DNA of 64,000 nucleotides. It comes from Caecitellus pseudoparvulus. Its lineage: Eukaryota > Protista > Bigyra: Bicosoecida. A program made the translations under genes and the position numbers. Where the stretch lies: assembly GCA_965644315.1 (NCBI GenBank), contig CBFFRQ010000042.1, forward strand, positions 434,001 through 498,000, written 5' to 3'. The notes under the pieces are model-generated. The model made no database searches. It was given only the letters and a program-made list of their open reading frames with translations, and had not been told where the DNA came from. Positions 61,792-64,000 of the stretch are shown here, piece after piece; position 1 is the first letter of the stretch; every line of letters starts with the position of its first letter.

Positions 61792-63332
61792 ATGGGGCTG
61801 AGTCAGCGCGGGGGCGGCAAGCGCAAGGGCCAACAAGCCAGCGACGCAGCAGGCACCATGCAGGTGAGAGCCACCCACGAGTAGCACGCAAGGCAGCTTG
61901 CGCTGGGCGGAGCGGAGCCTGCTCACCAAGCACTGCAATGACACCACAGGTGAAAGATGATGCTGATGAGTCCAACCGCAGCTCGGTGCTGCTGACCAGC
62001 CAGGTGCGTTGCTGGCAGGGGCTGTGGTGTGCGGGGCGTTTCCGCGCCGTGTCCAGACCTGCCCGGCACGACTTGTGCCTTCCCCTTCTGTGACCCCAGG
62101 CCTCTAGCAAAAAGTGGGCTGGGTGGCAACGGCGCTTCTGGCCGACATGGATCGGGCTGGCCTTCTTCTTCTCTCTCATCTACTTTGGGCGGCAGGAGGG
62201 CCTGGCGCTGATGGTCCTCTGCTCCCAAGCCAAGATCTTCCAGGAACTGGTGAGCATCCAGATCAACTACAACAAGGAGCGCGAGCTGCCCGGCTTTGCG
62301 GGTTTCTACTTCTACTGGTTTTTCACCGCGACATTCTGGTTCTATGGGCGGCAAATCCTGCCCCAGCTGGAGTTCAACCCTTGGGTTTTCAACGTCCCCG
62401 TGCTGGGGTGGCTGCTGAGGAAGCACAGCGCAGTCGCTTTCGGCCTGTACGTGGCCGGCATCGTCGCGTTCGTTATCTCCCTGCGGAAGCAGAAGATGTT
62501 CCAGTACCAGTTCTCCCAGTTTGCGTACTGCCACATGGCCTTGTTCATGGTGGTGTGGAACTCCACGTTCATCGTGGGAAACCTGTATCACGGCCTCATC
62601 TGGATGTTCTTGCCAGCGTCCATGGTCATGTGCAACGACATCTGGGCCTACGTCTTTGGCTTCTTCTTCGGTCGCACGCCGTTAGTACCGTACATCAGCC
62701 CGAAGAAGACCGTAGAGGGCTTTGCCGGCGCGTTCGTTGCCACCATCATCTGGGCTCTGGGCGTGTGCTGGATCGTGGAGCAGGCCACCTCCTCTTCGGT
62801 GGCCCAGATCATGCTGTGCCCCAAGCAAGGCGTCTTCCCCGCCTTTGCCTGGTCCACACCCACCTGCGACGTGACGACGTTGTACGGCGGCATCCACGTC
62901 CAGCACCCCCTTCGCACATGGTGGTTCGCACGTGCCGTTCCATGGTGGATGGAGGAGGTGGAGATCTCAGAGATGCAAGCACACGCGGTGGTGATGGCTG
63001 TCCTGGCTTCGTTCATCGCGCCCTTCGGCGGCTTCTTCGCCTCTGGCTTCAAGCGGGCATTCAAGATCAAGGACTTTGACCAGGTCATTCCTGGCCACGG
63101 TGGCATCTTGGACCGCATGGACTGCCAAATCGTCATGGGCTCCCTGGTGTACATGTACTCTTGGCACTTCCTCGGCCTGAGCGCGCCCGCTGTTGACGAG
63201 AGCCACCTCGGTGCACACGGCCCTGCCTTTGCCTCCATCTGGGCACGGGCGGCGGCACTCCCCGAGGAAGGCCAACTGGCACTCTTGCACAAGTTGGCTG
63301 GCACTTTGAACGCCACAGTGTCAGGCGTGTGA
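61792..63332 (+). CDS. CDS1: Phosphatidate cytidylyltransferase (CDP-diacylglycerol synthase)
   Basis: Exons 61792-61863, 61950-62003 and 62100-63332. Motifs: NDIWAY.FG..FGRTPL, ISPKKTVEGF and FGGFFASGFKRAFKIKDF...IPGHGGILDRMDCQ. Confidence 0.95.
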
Positions 63333-63471
63333 ACCGCCCGCCGCTGCGGCGCCCACCTTCGTTTCAATGCACCGCTCCACGCACAATTGCTTGGCAGGGT
63401 GATTGCTCGACTTTGGGCCCTCGAGCACAGTGGTGGTCCGCCTGCCCCAGGTAAATGCGGCTGCGCCCAAC

Positions 63472-64000
63472 ATGGCAGCTCAGGAGGCCTGGCAGCGGGT
63501 GGCGCGTTCACTGGCCGAGGCGTCGAAGCCCACGACCTTAGCAGCAGCCCTTCACTCCTTCGCCACCCCTCCACCCTGCTCGCTGGCCGAAGTTCTTCAG
63601 GCAGCGGTGTGCTCCCCGAACTGCAACTTGCTGTGTGAACTCTCCTTATCATGTCCCGAGAGCCGGGGAGCCCTGCGGGCCGTTGTGCGGGGCTCGCCCG
63701 ATCCAGCAGTCCGGCGGGCGGGTGCGGCCATGTTGTTTGCTTGGCTTGCTGCGGAGGCTGCCGAGCCGGGGAACCTGGATAGCATCCCGACGGAAGGCGT
63801 CAACGACCTTCTCAGTGCATTAGTCGGTTCCCTACTGGATATTTGGTCCCAGGTGCGCAAGGACGCTTCCAAGGCATTCTTCACTCTGCTGCCTCAGCTC
63901 CCGTTGGATTGGGTGCGACGAGCGGCCCATGCTCTCCAACGGGTGCTGAGCATGCCCAGTGCGAGTACCCCAGCTGGATCATCGGCATCCGCAGTAGATA
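63472..64000 (+). CDS. Partial hypothetical helical (HEAT-like) protein running off the window end
   Basis: The frame is open from ATG 63472 to the window end. LVGSLLDIWSQVRKDASKAF resembles a HEAT repeat. Confidence 0.55.
   Translation, partial: MAAQEAWQRVARSLAEASKPTTLAAALHSFATPPPCSLAEVLQAAVCSPNCNLLCELSLSCPESRGALRAVVRGSPDPAVRRAGAAMLFAWLAAEAAEPGNLDSIPTEGVNDLLSALVGSLLDIWSQVRKDASKAFFTLLPQLPLDWVRRAAHALQRVLSMPSASTPAGSSASAVD

Noticed and set aside
50678-63332. Functional cluster of the GAC-like gene (PA-binding) and CDP-DAG synthase (PA-consuming)
   Set aside because: The genes are separated by XRN2, and neighbours across the window are functionally unrelated. There is no evidence beyond proximity.

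Overview
This is gene-dense, GC-rich eukaryotic nuclear DNA with short GT-AG introns, about 27 protein-coding genes and very short intergenic gaps. A Sig1/OCM-type mastigoneme-like gene and a DZIP1-like ciliary gene suggest a flagellated stramenopile (inference). Recognisable genes: OvoA, an MDC1-like FHA/BRCT protein with a 33-bp coding repeat, an ankyrin protein, a mitochondrial-type DEAD-box helicase, a cold-shock protein, a C2 protein, BMT2, CUL4, PSF2, a ferredoxin-like protein without cluster cysteines, BRK1, an HDHD5-like hydrolase, uS5m, an L-type lectin, ATG8, a GH20-EEP fusion, a TBC RabGAP, a DHYC palmitoyltransferase, a giant ARM+PH protein, XRN2 and CDP-DAG synthase. Main leads: (1) a ~2457-aa ARM-repeat protein with a C-terminal PH domain, the architecture of the apicomplexan glideosome-associated connector (GAC); (2) a recurrent sense-strand AATGCA hexamer shortly after many stop codons, a candidate non-canonical poly(A) signal; (3) a membrane-anchored hexosaminidase-phosphodiesterase fusion; (4) a candidate metal-free complex I ferredoxin; (5) a palmitoyltransferase that has lost one whole zinc site. 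No RNA genes, CRISPR arrays or transposons were recognised. All exon structures were inferred by eye and no searches were run.
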